NCBI GenBank assembly: GCA_004431415.1 | Contig: QPMI01000002.1 | Coordinates: 1-54,908, forward strand | DNA: 54,908 nucleotides | Source: Cyanophora paradoxa CCMP329 | Taxonomy: Eukaryota > Plantae > Glaucophyta | Direction: 5' to 3' | Shown here: positions 37,801-51,008 of the stretch, piece after piece | How the letters are laid out: every line of letters starts with the position of its first letter | How positions within the stretch are numbered: position 1 is the stretch's first letter | Made by a program: the position numbers and the translations under genes | Notes under the pieces: model-generated | Told to the model about the DNA's origin: nothing | Databases searched by the model: none | What the model saw: only the letters and a program-made list of their open reading frames with translations

Positions 37801-40800
37801 CAGCCAGAACTTGCGGATAGCACCCCCACGACTGAGCCGCCACAATGTTGAACGTCACCTAATGATGTAACGGGCGGGTTTAAGTTGGGACAGAGAAATG
37901 AATCGCAACGGGGGCTCACGTCTTTTCCAGCATCAGTCTGCAGCGGGATGCATCAATCAAATGGAGGGTGCATTGTATGTGTTGAAGAACGCACCTGGAA
38001 CCCATCGCTATATGGTGCGTATGTGCTGTTGAACACGATGCGAATAACGTTCTCTCCCCTTGTCGGATTCGCAAGACTCTGGTATCTGCTCCGTTGCAAC
38101 GCGCGATGAAAAAAATGAGTTTGGAAATCGAGCAACATGTACAGTACACTGTATACAACGCACTCAAAACTGAATCGCGGGAAGCATCCAGATGGTGTCT
38201 GGTAGGACGAACAGCAGAACGCTCTCGTGTTATTCTCGCAAGTCAGGGGGCTTGTTTCAACAGGCTCGGGTAGTTTCAAAGCGGCTAGTGTTGAATTTTT
38301 GTAGTAGGTAGTGGAATTGAAGCAGCTGTACGCCGCTGTCGCGGTGATGACCGAGTTCGCACAATCGACCCTCTTGTACCTTGTACCTATAGGATCGACG
38401 TACAAGAGGTCGAATTCCTCGCATCTGGTGACATTGATGGGGAGCGTCTGCCCCGCCATGCTGCGGCACGGCGCGTCCGGGGGGGAGCGCATCACGTCCG
38501 TCGAGTTCACCGCCAGATTTGTGAACGTTCCCTCAAATATCGTTGCGTTTGCTTTGATGGGGCCGATGATCTGGCCGCGGGGCAGAATCGGCGACTCGTT
38601 TTGCGCCTCCAGGTAGCACGAAAGCTTCGCTCCAGCTGCGCGGCAGTCGCACATCAAAGAAGCGTTCATCGAAAGACACTCTGATTAATAATTTAATTCG
38701 TGCCGCACCGCCAATGCGGAAAGGCTTGGCCACCGAGTTGTAGACTACGGGTTTCAGCGTCCCGTGGTCAAGTCTAATAAAAAGCAAAACGTTCGGTACT
38801 CCAGCACGCTGTTAACCGCCCACCCGTCCCTACAAATGGATCATATTATTTTTGCGAGAGCTACCAGCACTTCTTGAAGTGATGGGCTTGTAATTACCAG
38901 AGAACCTTTCCGAGAGACGTTCCAAAGGGTCCAGGAAACCCAACCTGCGGTCGCCAGACGAATAACATAATATAAATATCCACAACTTGGAGAAGCGTCG
39001 CGAGCGAGGAGCATACCGTGATTTTGTCGTATCTCCACGTTCCTCGCGCAGCGATCTGCACGAGTCCGTCTCAGAAAGCGTATGGTATACGTTGGAATTG
39101 AAGGATCAATGCCAGGATGAAGCAAGGGTAAACGCACCATCTGGAAACTGGGGTTATCACGCCAGCTGTCGCCGGTCGGTATTTCGAATTCGGTGGTCCC
39201 CCTGTCCCCTCCGATCCAATCGAAGTCTCTCTCAGCGAGCTGGAAGTTCGGTGTGTTTTCTGGCGGGGTCCAAGCCACCCGGTTCATGCGGCACTCCTGG
39301 GGGCCGTGTACGGTTAGACATGCGCAGAGCCCGATTGAGGATGCGGAGCGCCTGCGCACTCCTCTTCCGTAGCCCGTCACAAGATCCCAGGTTCCATTGT
39401 AGCAGGGGTGGTGGATGGTGAGGGGGTGATCTAGAAGGGAAAGCGTCGTAGATGGTGTACGTGTTGGAGAACCACAAACTGTGACCCGCAGAGGCTGGGT
39501 ACAAGGACGTTTTAGGTCGAATACAGAACGCGTAAACCCCCATGACAAGAGGCCGTATAAGGAACTGCGCAGGCAACCAAACATCAGAGCACTGCCGGCA
39601 AACTTCAATATTAATGCAGCGCAATTGCGAAAAAGCCCAGACCGTGGGGGGCGACCGTGAGCTTGCTGCATCGGTTGCGTTCGGCAGCACCAGCATACCA
39701 GCTGGTGGGGGTTCCACCATGTAGATCCTGTCGCGCCATCCGGCACGCAGCGCTGAGGAGCTGTCCAGTTGAAGTCGTTCATAACAAAACTCGAGACGCT
39801 CTCTGAAAGCAGGCCGCCGCTCCCCTTCTGGAGCCCGGCTCCGGTGGTATCTTGCCGCAGGACGCACGTGTGGTTATAAATAGAGTTCAACCAATTGCGC
39901 CTACGGTGCACATCCGTCTCCGGTCGATTGAATTTCGGTCTCGGCTGTCAAACGGGGACCTTCAGCCACCATGCAGCTGCAAACTACAAATCTCAGGATG
40001 GTGGCGTCCTCACCTCCGGCGTGCACTCAAAGTTCACCCCGTGGGCTGTTCACGAAGGGCAGGCGCGCTCGTGAGTTCAGCGGCGTTGCAGGACATTGCG
40101 ATGCCTGTCTCGCTCACCGTAAAGCAATGAGATATTGAATGTCAGAGGCTGCGCCCAGATCTGAAGCGACGTTGAGCCTCCGTTAGTAACGTATTGTGTG
40201 TGATTTCATTCACTTGCATACCGTGTCCACATCAGGGCCGGCGACGGCGGCAGTCCACCCGACGGCAATAACAGTGACGGCGATTTTCTTCGGAACTCCC
40301 AGCGTGACGGTCACGCTGTTTGTTTTTCCCGATACGATGGACGTAAAATTGCGTCGAGGGCTTGCGCCTGCACTCATAGACTCTCGATTAGACGTTTCCT
40401 ATGCACCTTGCAAGGCACGCAATCGTAATATAAGAAGTCGAACCTTCGTTCGTCGTCGCTCCGCCTGCGCAACCGCGCCCCAGATAGAAGACACCGTCGC
40501 CCAAAGTGTTCGGACCACGGCAGTTCGTGTCCCCAAAAGATCGCTGCGACGTGCTCCGCCGTCAGCGAAGTATTATCGTCAACAACATAACGAGTATAGT
40601 TCTAATTTTACCAGGATGCTAGAGTAGTACGTCCCGGTGAACCACGAAAGCTGCAGCGTAGGAGCGCCGGCGTCTGCGCCAAAGATGTCATTCTTCCGCA
40701 AACCTGCAAAGTATTCGAGGCGGGCACCTGGCTCAATCCAGCATGTCACGTTATCAGCTGCACACGGAAGGTGGAATCCGGAATCGTAAGTGGCAGACGC

Positions 40801-43800
40801 GAGCTTGAGCTCGAGAGAAAACTTAACGTGCACGCACCGACGTAGACGCGAGTCTTGTCGCACACGAGGCGGGCCGAAACAACAATGAGGGTCCGCGGTG
40901 AGTTGGTAACATGCATCGGGTTTGAATTTGCCGCATATTTTCCCCGCGTGATGGTGTAGTGCACATTCAGTTGCGCGTTCGTTGACCCGTTCCTTGGACC
41001 GAATATAGTGTAGGTAATCTGGGCGGGAAAAAGCGAAGGGAATATTTTGAATGTTATAATTAATCGCGTCAAGATACTAAAACGACAGAATTCTGAGACT
41101 CCAACTGCTCATGTTCACCAGATGATCGGACACACGCTCGACAAGGTACTCCTCGTAGCGAGTGCCTTGCGCATCAGAGAACCTGGGTATGTTGCCGTAA
41201 GTTGGAGACAGGAATAAACTCAGCCTTTGTGGAGAAAAGATAATACCAGAAGTCCGCCCTGTCCAGGGATCCTCCCGCCGTCGAGCCGGTGACATTGCAC
41301 ACCAAGCGCGTCCGAGCCTGGCGAAGAAAAGAAAACTAAGCTATGCGCGCAAGGCTGCGCTTGCAGCTGGACGAGCAGGAAATGGCACCAGCAGGGAACT
41401 TCTGTCGCACGTTACCGAAGCCGCTGCGGGGCCGGGCGGGTTTTTAGCTTGCAAATACTGACAACTAGAACCGAAATTCGACGCGCGAGCGGACCGATGA
41501 TTGACGTATTCGTGGGAGAGGAAAGGACGGGGAACTCTCCAGCACCTGGGGAGAGTGCGCTGGACGCGAAACGCATGCGGAATAGCACCCAACGGGCCGC
41601 CGGCGTTGCTTGCGACACGACCGAGAAGCGCAAGTTGGTAGGCCCGTCGTTGGCGAGAGAGCCAATCGTCAGGCCCAGCTGCAGCAGGGAGCGGCGGGAA
41701 GAGCTTGGGCCGGTCAACACGACGTCCGTGGGCAGCAGTCTCGACCCGTCCGTCAAAACCTGGCAGAAGATGCCGGGCTCCGGTCGGGATCTTCGGCGGG
41801 CAATCCAGCAGAACATCTGGAGAAAACAGCGGATCATAACATCAGAAAGAGGCTTTGGAAGCGAACAAAGTCGTGATCATGACACGCACCGCCAAGGACG
41901 GTGACGCGAAGGGGAGAGTTGGCGAGCGGAGCGCCGAGCAGGGAGACGGTGAAGTTGACCGCCTTGCCATTGTAGATGGCAAAATCCTCTGCCAGCGCGG
42001 AGAACTGCAGGTTTCCATTGTTCACGCTCGATACAGGTGAGCGTTTCGCGATGCGCTACGAGCGCGACGCGCGCAATCAGAAATCAATCCCTGTGTCGCT
42101 GAAATAGGAAAAGCAAAGGAGAGGGCACCGGGATGCGGACGTTGTACGCCGTTCCATCTTCCATAATCAGGGAGCGAGGGTTATGTCGGACGGGATGAGG
42201 TCGGCAGAGCTCGCGCCCTTTGTAACTGCGACGAGAGTGTAAGCGCAGAGTGGTCACGAGATGCGGGACATTACAAGCAGCACCGGTGCAATTGAAGGAG
42301 TTCTTCATGCGGATGCGGCACTCCGATGGGCTTAGTCCTGCTTGATTGCATGTGCATGACATGGTAGCCGAGACCTGACCATGACAAGAGGCGCGCGATG
42401 CCGCTCGGCCGTGAGTCGAAATGTAAAGCATGCGTAGACAACGGTTTCGTACGCACCACGCCGACGAATAGTTTTGCAGCCTTTGCGTTGTCCTGGGGTG
42501 TGCCTGGCTGCAAGTACCTGATTCCGACCTCGGGGCCGGACGCCCCTCCAAACGCCGTCGTGTACGAGAAGGTGATCCCTCCACCGCTTGCAGCAGCCGC
42601 AACGGGCGACGAAATAGTTCCGGTCGAAGCGTAAGCGGAGAAGACGGATGGATCGAGATCCGGCAACCCTGAGACAAAAGCGACAAGTTCGGTTTCAGAA
42701 TTCGGTCACGTGCACGTGCACGCGATTCAGATTCGGACCGTTGCCCTTGTCAGCGAGCATTGCAGGACTTGTCCGGGCGGGGCTCGAGGAGGGGTGCACC
42801 GCAGGTTGTTCACACCTAGCAAGGTCGATCGAGCGCGGCACAGGCGCTGGTATGATGCATATATATATATACTGAGGGCGCTCACCTGTGACCGACGCCG
42901 AGACCGAGGGCCCACCTCCAGATATGAAGGGGGCGAAGATAGGGCGGATGCCGGCCCGCGTCGGATAGGCGTAGAAGCTCACGCCGCTTCCGGAGGCCGC
43001 GACGTTCGAGTACGTGGATTCCGGCGGCCCGCCGATGGCGGCGTCCATATCACTCACTTGAATCGACGGAGTGCCGCCGGAGGGCTGCTGGTGCACTCCG
43101 CGTACACTGGCGCATCCACCAGAAGCACGAGGGACGTTGGTGTGCAGGTGATAGTGGAGACGATAATGTCGAAGGACAGGGGCGAGCCCTGGACGGCGCC
43201 CCTCCGATGGCCGTGGCGTACGAGAGCGTGACTTGCTTGCCGGTGGTGTACGTAGCGAGGTTCGCGGCTGTGACTTTGAACTCCGCCTGCGCGTGCACCG
43301 CAGGCCGACATCAAATTGTTTGTTCCAAAGCCGCTACATGAGGTAAGAGCCTGCGTTTTGTTCTTACCTTAGAGCCGTCTGCATTGACGGAGAACGAGCC
43401 AATGGTGAGTGCAGACGTGTCAGCCGAATTAATAATGAAAAGATCTGAAGCGTCTTGCGGGATCGGCCCACTGCCCAGAAGCACTTAGTCAGGACTGCAG
43501 CTGCTTCTACTGAACCAGGACGTTAAATGCGCACGAATCCGCTGTTGGCGTGAGTGTGCAGGTCGCGCTACAGTCGCGTGGATTCTGCGGCAGGAATTAG
43601 GTGCCGGCAAGATGCTGACATGATCATTGATTGTTTGCTTGCCTCATTGTGTTGCAACTGATCTGAACGCCTGCACATTATCATGCGCGTGCGCAGCGCG
43701 AGCAGTGCAGTCGGTCATCGAGATCGATTATAAACCGCATGCGCAGCAATCGCGACTGCGCACGGAGGAACGAGATGAGGACGCTCGCGACTGACGCGAT

Positions 43801-46800
43801 GGTGTTATCCCAATAGCGGATAACGTTGAAGTCGTACGGGAAGCGTATCAGTGCCCCCCGGTGCTCGAGACGTCCGCCGCGCGAGTGGGCGTGAAGGTGA
43901 AGGACACGAACTGCGTGACGCCCGCAGTTGTGCACGGGCCGAGCAAAAGAGCGTGGAGTCGTCGGTTGCAGTCGGACAGTGCGTTGCGCAGGTCTTTATC
44001 AAAGTGGTGGACGCCGTCCGGCCCCAGCCGGTTCCACTGTTAAAGCTGGCAGGCTAGAGAAGTCGACCGGAATCGACGGCTTCTGCCAGACGGAGCACTT
44101 GTACGTGGGGTTTCCGGTCTGCGTGAGCTCGGAATGTCAGGATCGCATTAATGAATACGCGCACGGCCATACGCCGGTTTTCGATAGTGCCTCGTAGTTG
44201 CATCCATATTAGCTTGCACAAACTGCGCGATTCCACGCCAAATAAAGGGGCGCACGTGCACGCAGGCAGACAATTGTTTTTTCTAATTTGACTCCGCACC
44301 TCGGGAAAGACAGCCGTGAACACAGGCCTCGGCGGCGTGGGATGCGTACCCATCACGTTCGTCCAGAAGAAGCTGACCGACCAGCCGGGTGTGTAATCGC
44401 TCCGAGACTCGATCACGATATCGTACTAAGGAGCAGCCGTACGCGTTCCGTCAGACGCGGCGCTCAACCAAGCCAGCAAGTGAACGAACGAGGTGTTTTC
44501 GGCCGATGTAGTAGGCTCAAAAATGTTCGGTACTGGAAGGGGAACGTCCCATTGTAGTTGAAATCGTCCTTAGAGAGAGGACCTCTAAGCCCGGTGCTGT
44601 CAACGCGGACACCAGAGAGCACACGCCTCGCTGCTCACTGTGTCAGCGATAGCAACGTGCAGACGGGCATAAGATGCTTTCGGACCATGTTCAGAGAGAC
44701 CCAGCCGGGTCACAGCGAGCGCGCAGAAGCTCGCAGAGGTGTCTATATCCACGATCTGCGGTCTCAATCAGTTGGTTCCTCAGACAAGCAACCGCGAAGC
44801 AGCGTCGAAAGAGCACGCCTTCACAGAGGTCAGCGCTGCGGGATTCAGTTCGCTCTCGATTCCGTAGTCTTCAGCCCAGAAATCAGCCAGAGTACTCTGA
44901 CGTTCTGCACCGTTCCCGATTGCAACTGCAGAAATCCCGATTCAATTGAATCTAGATCTGAAGCGAATAAATTCAAAAGCGCCTGTGATCGAGCTTACCT
45001 CTGTCTCGTTAGCGAAGAAAGCGAAGGAGCCGTTGCAGGATGCCGACTCCCGGAAATTGGCGCCTGTCCACAGCTTCTCAGTTGCAAGGTCGCTTGCAGT
45101 CCATGTGTACCCGAGCGCATTGCTGTCGTAATCCCTTGAAAGAAGCACTCGCCATAGGCATTTCGAGCCAAGCGATCAGGGCAGCGAAGATTGGCTTCAA
45201 AACGCTAATGCGGTCATACGAATCGATTTCCGCGTCGGTAGGCCTGAGGAGCGGGAGATTGCGGGAGCCCAGCGCATGTTTATCTCGCCGCTGATGCCCC
45301 CAGTCGTGCAATGAAGTACCACAAAATGTGGCTCCCGGCTGCGTTCACGACTGGAGGAGCAACGTATCCTAGCCCGGCGTTGTCGTGTTAACGCTGCGAT
45401 GAAACCGTGAATATGTCGTTGACGGCGCTCTGGAGCTCAGTGTAACTGGAGCTCACATAAGTCGGACGGCATGAGAGGGGGATTGTCGTACGGAATAGCG
45501 GAGGCTGGCTGCCAAGGCCAACTTGCTTCACAGGCGGAAAACTGCAGTACGATCCATCAATTCAAATTGAGGAGATCTAGAGCATATGAACTCTTGTAGC
45601 TCACTCCGATGTTGTTCCAAAGCGTTTCGCCACCCCAGCAATATGCCGAAGTGCGTAGACGATCAAATCAAAAATCCCGAAAGAGTGCAGTGGATAAACA
45701 CTGTAAACCATTTGCGAAACCCGAGCCGGACACTAACTGGCTGAGAGAAGGGCTCTGCCGAAGAGACTCAACGAAAAGAATTGGCAAGAGAGCGTTATTG
45801 GCATCCCTGACCGTTTCACTTTGATACTAGCTCCATCGCCGCGACATTGGCGCGGGATCCCTCGGCGCCACAACCGTTGCTGGCGAGTGAACCCGGCTCA
45901 AATCAGCGCCAATTAGTTTCGCCAATTAGTCTTTAATGCGACCTTTAAAGTCTTGCTTAACAATGTAGGGCTGCCTGGTGCCAGATACAGATAGAATCCA
46001 GCAAGCTTGTTCATCACAACGCGCATGGGGCGCTGCTCAGACAGCCAAACGGTGAAATTGTAGCCTTTCACGACGTCTGGACGCTGAGGAACAAGCACGC
46101 GGAAATTACATTCAGCAAGAAAATGAAATGCATGTTCATCCGGACGTGCGCGGGGCTTGCTGGAGTAGATTGCCTGCTCGGAATGTATAAATATAGATAG
46201 CGAAAGTTGTGGCTCCTCTGATAATTATAAATACATCGCTGCATAAGTAAAGACGCACCGATGGGAGTAAAGGTCAGCAATGATGGTTCTATTTCCGACT
46301 GCGGCAGAGATGGATCTGGCAGAAATCAAGGGATTTGGCAGAGAATGAGTGCGTACGCCGTCATCGGTCTTGAACACGAAATTGTATATCTTGCTGCCTT
46401 AAGCTTGTCGTGCGTCAGAGGAAGTTTCCCTGGGAGACTTCAACGCTGTCCAGCTGCTCTGGGGCGCCGCGACGCGCATCCACAAGCGGAAATAGTCGCC
46501 TGTAGAATCGATTTTGAAGGGGTACGAAATGTGCTCGGCGATCGAAACAGATCGAATCGCGCTCATGTCGCGCCGCCACCAGCATAGTGAAGACATGCAC
46601 GATGTAGACGCTCGTATTCTTTGTGTTGCCACTCTGCGTCTCAATTACGAACTCGAATCTGCGTCCGTGCACGTACGCGTGCGAGGGTATCCAGTTATAA
46701 TTACTCATGTGGTCACCAAATCACGGGTTTCGAGATTTCTGAGCGCGTACCGTCAGAGGCGAACCCCACGTTCGCGAGGAAGACTGCTGTGACGTTATAC

Positions 46801-48837
46801 CAGGGACCCGATCTGCACAGACGTATCTCAGAGATCTCGACGAGCGTTCCGGGATCCAAGACCCAGTTGCGTGTCAGGCGTACATTCGGCTGTAGTCCGT
46901 CCTCTCGCATACGCGAACGCGTATGGCTGGCCATCCGCTTGGAGGCGGAGCGGCCGGTGCTTCACACGGTACTCGGCGAGAGAGCCTCCCGGTCGACGGA
47001 GAGCATTGCGGAAGAGTACGTGAGGTTCCCATTCGCGGTCCGGTCTGCAAGCGCAAGCGCAGTCGGCAACGGCGCCGGCGCGGATCTGGAGCCGCAATCG
47101 CATGCGCAATCGCATGCGCGCACTGAGGCGATGTAAAGGCGGTACGGTCCCGGGTGGTCGGCTCGGAAAGCCTGCACCTGCAGCGGTGACGAGTCGGGCC
47201 AGGCCTAGGGAACAACATGTACATGTACAGCGAATGAAACCAACCGAGGGATGCAAGTCGAGCCGATTCGGATCGATCACGTCTGTGCGCCGTAATCAAA
47301 TCGTATTCACACAGACCGACTTCGGAGGGAAGCGCGGACCCGCGACCACATAGGTCCCGTGCAGGCGAATGTTGTCCACGCTCGCATTCTTGCCGCCGGG
47401 TAAAGTGCAGCGTGAAGTTAAAAGCCGCGCCGTTCATGGTCGCGAGCGTGAGGTTTGGGGACGGGACCAGCGATGTAGCAGTTGGCAAGTGCTGCGTACG
47501 TATACGTTAAAGTCGCGTGATTAGCGCTGATGTATTGGAAGTTTCATGACGTCGGAATGGTCTTGATCTAGAATCTATCTGAAAGGACGCACAGAACCGC
47601 AAAGTCACGTGTGGATCCCCTTGAGAAGTTGAGGGCGGCGTGTGATTGACTGTAAACCTGCAGATACAATGAAGCGGAGATTCGGAGTCAGCCCAACAAC
47701 AGAGTCAGTATATATACTGACGCCGAAGCCGAATTGATCGCAATTTAAATCACGGTAAACGTGGTAGAAACGCCCTGTTAGGTTTTGAAAAAAGTGAAAA
47801 TGGCACAGGTTAGGTCGAACGATTGAGGATTGGAGTGCCATTTGAACGAGAGTTCAAAAGCACCGGAAAAGCGGGGTCCGCGTCGACAATCCGGGTGAGC
47901 GTTGGGGCCACGTCGTACTGACCTGCACGGAAGCGGCATTCGTAATCAATTGATGAATACCGGACATGAACACTCAATTACTCGGACGAATTCGAAATGC
48001 GCGTAGTGAGACTCACCAGGCGTCAACCGGGCGTCCTCGTGTAGAGACTTGGCCCGCCGATCAGAGCGAGCTGTATGCTGCCGCAGAACGCTGGATCTCC
48101 GCACATCCAATACAGCTCACATTCGCCGTCCGCTCGGATCAGTGTCTGCGCGGTGGCCTTCGTTGAGAGCTAGAACGTCACAGCACACCCAGCATGCAGT
48201 CACAGCATGCAGATAAAATGACACTTTGCGGCACCTCGGAAGATGGGGTCTGCCGACGACTGGCCCTGATCTGCGCGCGCATGCGATCTCGAAAAATTAA
48301 GAGGCGCCGCCGAATACGTAAAACTGAAGCTCGACCAAACTGGCACGGTAAAATGGGGAGCAAACCATGTGCATATCAGCCGGTCTCCATATATACACGC
48401 ACCGCACGTTACACCACGCGGTCTGGAGTGATAACGCCGCCAAGCAGGAAGCTATCGGCGGAGGTGGCGACACGGTCAATGGTGTGAAAACTGGGGCGAT
48501 CAGACGAGTCAACTACGGGCGATGGCGATTGCGCATGCGCAGGACAGTCGGTCCAAACAATAACCATAACCAGTCTAGCTGTAGCTATAGGCCCGCACCC
48601 AGCCGATATTACGAAGCAGTTGCAATCGCGACAGCTTACCTTGGCAGCGCCCAGCAGGATGCTTGAAGAACACAGACTAGCAAGAGCACAGCAACAAATC
48701 GCCTGTGCATCCGATGCAGCACAGGCCCTCGCGGTCGCCCGCCTGATCACCTGATCCTGATCCGCCGCTGTGCGGGGCACAGTACTAGTACTAGTGCCCC
48801 CTTGCGGATTTGAAGGTTGGCGCGTAAGGATGCTCAT
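13846..48837 (-). CDS. Giant multi-exon single-pass membrane protein, polycystin-1/REJ-like: N-terminal Cys-rich region, ~20 filamin-like Ig modules, REJ, GAIN/GPS, TM, ~30 FnIII
   Basis: Continuous minus-strand exon-like blocks separated by ~55-80 bp GT/GC-AG introns. Hydrophobic leader (..LVMVIVWTDCPAHA) near 48520-48660 and many NxS/T sequons. In-frame splices checked at introns 23892-23959 and 14192-14253; stop TAG at 13846-13848. That everything 5' of ~36 kb belongs to the same transcript is inferred. Confidence 0.7.
14789..23562 (-). repeat. 15 near-identical 585/591-bp coding repeats (195/197 aa, two FnIII-like domains each) with a 1761-bp higher-order trimer
   Basis: Unit markers at 14980, 15564, 16154, 16739, 17324, 17915, 18500, 19085, 19676, 20261, 20846, 21437, 22022, 22607, 23198. 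FnIII motifs APTNLQL..GTLSWSLP..HRVLRDG..VPDL..FVVVAVD and ITLKAV..AQLSWNTP..YKLLVNG. Two 1-bp deletions (~15140, ~15902) break the frame. Confidence 0.97.
23686..24360 (-). other. GAIN/GPS autoproteolysis motif followed by a single transmembrane helix
   Basis: VSNLSEPI (~24295-24320), YYDKINKIW (~24112-24140), SCNHL|TPFA (23961-23987). Splices in frame to AAVAVPVVVGSITIALLAAAIIY (23686-23754), which is followed by basic residues (TR..R). Confidence 0.85.
25700..28330 (-). other. REJ domain-coding region
   Basis: SGTGRRPLTYYWSC; YRLSVYARNYLG; FILDASLSRDPD; FKYRWEF; RAVLPRGEGEDRTVRMVIIVKDIYNAS. These are typical REJ signatures. Confidence 0.8.
29000..43300 (-). other. ~20 divergent ~100-aa Ig-like modules, pattern (A/V)xLxCxxxRxxxGxxxxCxVxxxxxSPxLLxSDF ... 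H(I/V)xGSPxxV
   Basis: Starts include EATVSCSPIRVVIGAVITCLVSRTESSPALLASDL, NATLRCPPRVGLASNFSCVLVSPTGSAPLLPSDF and DAVLNCVPRTIPGRLVPCNVTRAGNSPALQLSDF. Ends such as IDVRYYVGGKHIPSSPKRITL and HINGSPVRF resemble filamin-type Ig. Most lie in 29000-36000, a few in 41400-43300. Confidence 0.75.
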
Positions 48838-50108
48838 TGCTTTCAAGTGAGGCTGCGACTATAGCTAATTCAATCCGACCGGCTGCGGGCTCGCCAGCTG
48901 AAGGAAACGGCGCACTCGCGCGTGCGCGGCGAGTGCTGCGCGTGCCGTTGATTCGACTTGCGCGGAAGCTGATAGCCCTAGCCTTATGTTTCGATTCTAG
49001 GCCTTCACGCCTATCATCTATACGTATATACGTATACGTGCACGCTCAGCGACTGCGTGCGCGGCGCTGGTTAACGTTGCTGCAGGATTCGCAATTCCGA
49101 AGCTCGCTAGGCCAGGCTGCGGTGCAAACACGAAACCTGCAGCAAGCGCAAGCAGCCGATCAACCTCCCAGGTCGGTGCGGTTTGCGCATGCTGCTGCCG
49201 CGCGCTGCTGCTGCTGCTGCTGGCTCACTGCTGCTGCTCCAGTCACGAGTCAGTGCTGCCTGCGGCGGTGTGCTTTATTAGAGTTATTTACTACCAGGGT
49301 ATCATACTGGCACGCTGCTCACTGAGTCAATATGATGTCAATCATGTCATTACTCACGGAGTCACGGTAGACTCTCAGTCTGAGTCTCAGAGTCTGAGAG
49401 TCGGGGCCGGGGCTGGCCGGGAGCCTGGCCCAGCTGCCAGGGGCCTGGGCGGCAGGCCGCGGGCTGGCCGGCGCGCGGTGGGCCGCGGTGGCCCGGCGGC
49501 CGGCGCCGGCCCGCGGCGCCGGGAGCCAGGCGGCGGCCCGGCGGCCGGGCGCCGGCGCCGCCGCGCACTGCCCGCCGGCGCCAGTGCCGCGCCACTTATA
49601 TAATTACGTACTGCGGCGTCTGCCGCGCCAGCCAAAATATGTTTTTGCAAAACTTACGAAGTTAGCCGGTAGACTCTGAGATGTCGTCAATGAGGCCGAG
49701 AATTCTGAGGGTAGCTCGTGAGCCTCCGTCTCCGCCATAAAATTGAAAGCCCGCGAAGACGACCTACTAAAGTATTACCAGCTGCTAATGTGGCAAAGTA
49801 CTAATTATTTTCCTGTACTAAATTAACCAGTTCTAAGTATGCATTTCCGAGTCATTCCGAAGTTCGACTCGGCTAGCGCTTCGGCCCGGAATCGGCCGGT
49901 CCCGGGCCCGGGACCGGCGGCGGACCGGGAGTCGGGACCCCGGCCCGATCCGGTCCCCGGAGTCCCGGCGGCCGGCCGGGATCCTCCGACTCGCCGGAGT
50001 CGGAGCTCGCCGCGGAGCGACTCACTGGACTCGGAGTCATAACTTTGATTCAGAAGTCCGGGAGTCCGGACGACCGGGAGACTGGCCCAGTATAGTACTG
50101 TACTACTA

Positions 50109-50346
50109 CGTAGAACACTTAAGTAATGCGCGCACTTAATTAATGCGCCCCGTATTAATGCGTTCTCCGCAGGCAGACGCATTAATTCGGGGGCGCATTA
50201 TATTGAACGCTAAGAAACTGCGGTACGTACCCCCTAACGCAGGCAGAAGCTCCAAAACGCATTAATTTGGCGGCGCATTATTAGCCATACGAGGGTCCGG
50301 GTCCAAAACGCATTAATATCGAGCGCATTAATTAAGTGTTTTACGG
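50109..50346. mobile_element. MITE 1 (~240 bp), TA-flanked, Tc1/mariner-pogo type
   Basis: TA|CGTAGAACACTTAAGTAATGCGC ... GCGCATTAATTAAGTGTTTTACGG|TA; internal TAATGCG/CGCATTA repeats. Confidence 0.8.
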
Positions 50347-51008
50347 TAGTACCTAGTGGGCTGGACCGGAGTCCAGGTACCGCCGTACGGGTGAGCCAGC
50401 CAGTCGCTGTAGTTTCTTTGTGAATCTTCACTCAGGCTGGTCCGATCGGCGATCTTCTTGAGTCACTGAGTCATGCATATATTGAAACGTGCATGCAGCG
50501 GCATTGCAGCCATGATGCAGGCATGCACTGATTTATTTATTATGCCAGGCTGCCTATAGCCAGGCATCACGGAATCATGACACGGATCGGATTCACTGTA
50601 CATGTGCCATCACACACTGATTCGTCAATTCGAATTCACCAGTGCAGCAGCCGCTGAGCCGCGCGAGCTGAGCGTGACACTGACCAGCACTGGTCCAGCA
50701 GCGGCCTCCATTACGCAGGGCCGCTAGTAGCCCGCTACTACTAAGTAGTAAGTAGCCTCGCGGCTAGTACTAGGCTAGCCGCCTATAGGGCGGCAGGCCC
50801 GGCGGCTCCGGATCGGAGTCCGACGGTCCGGGTATCCGCGGCGGAGTCCGGACTCCGGACTCCGGAGTCCGGACTCCGAGTCCGGGCTCCGAGAGTCCCA
50901 GCTGCAGCCTCCCACAGTCCCACTAGCCATGCCATGGCCGTGGCAGTGCCAGCCAGTGGCAGCCACTGCCAGGGCCAGTGGGCGATCCAGACTCCAGATC
51001 TACGTATA

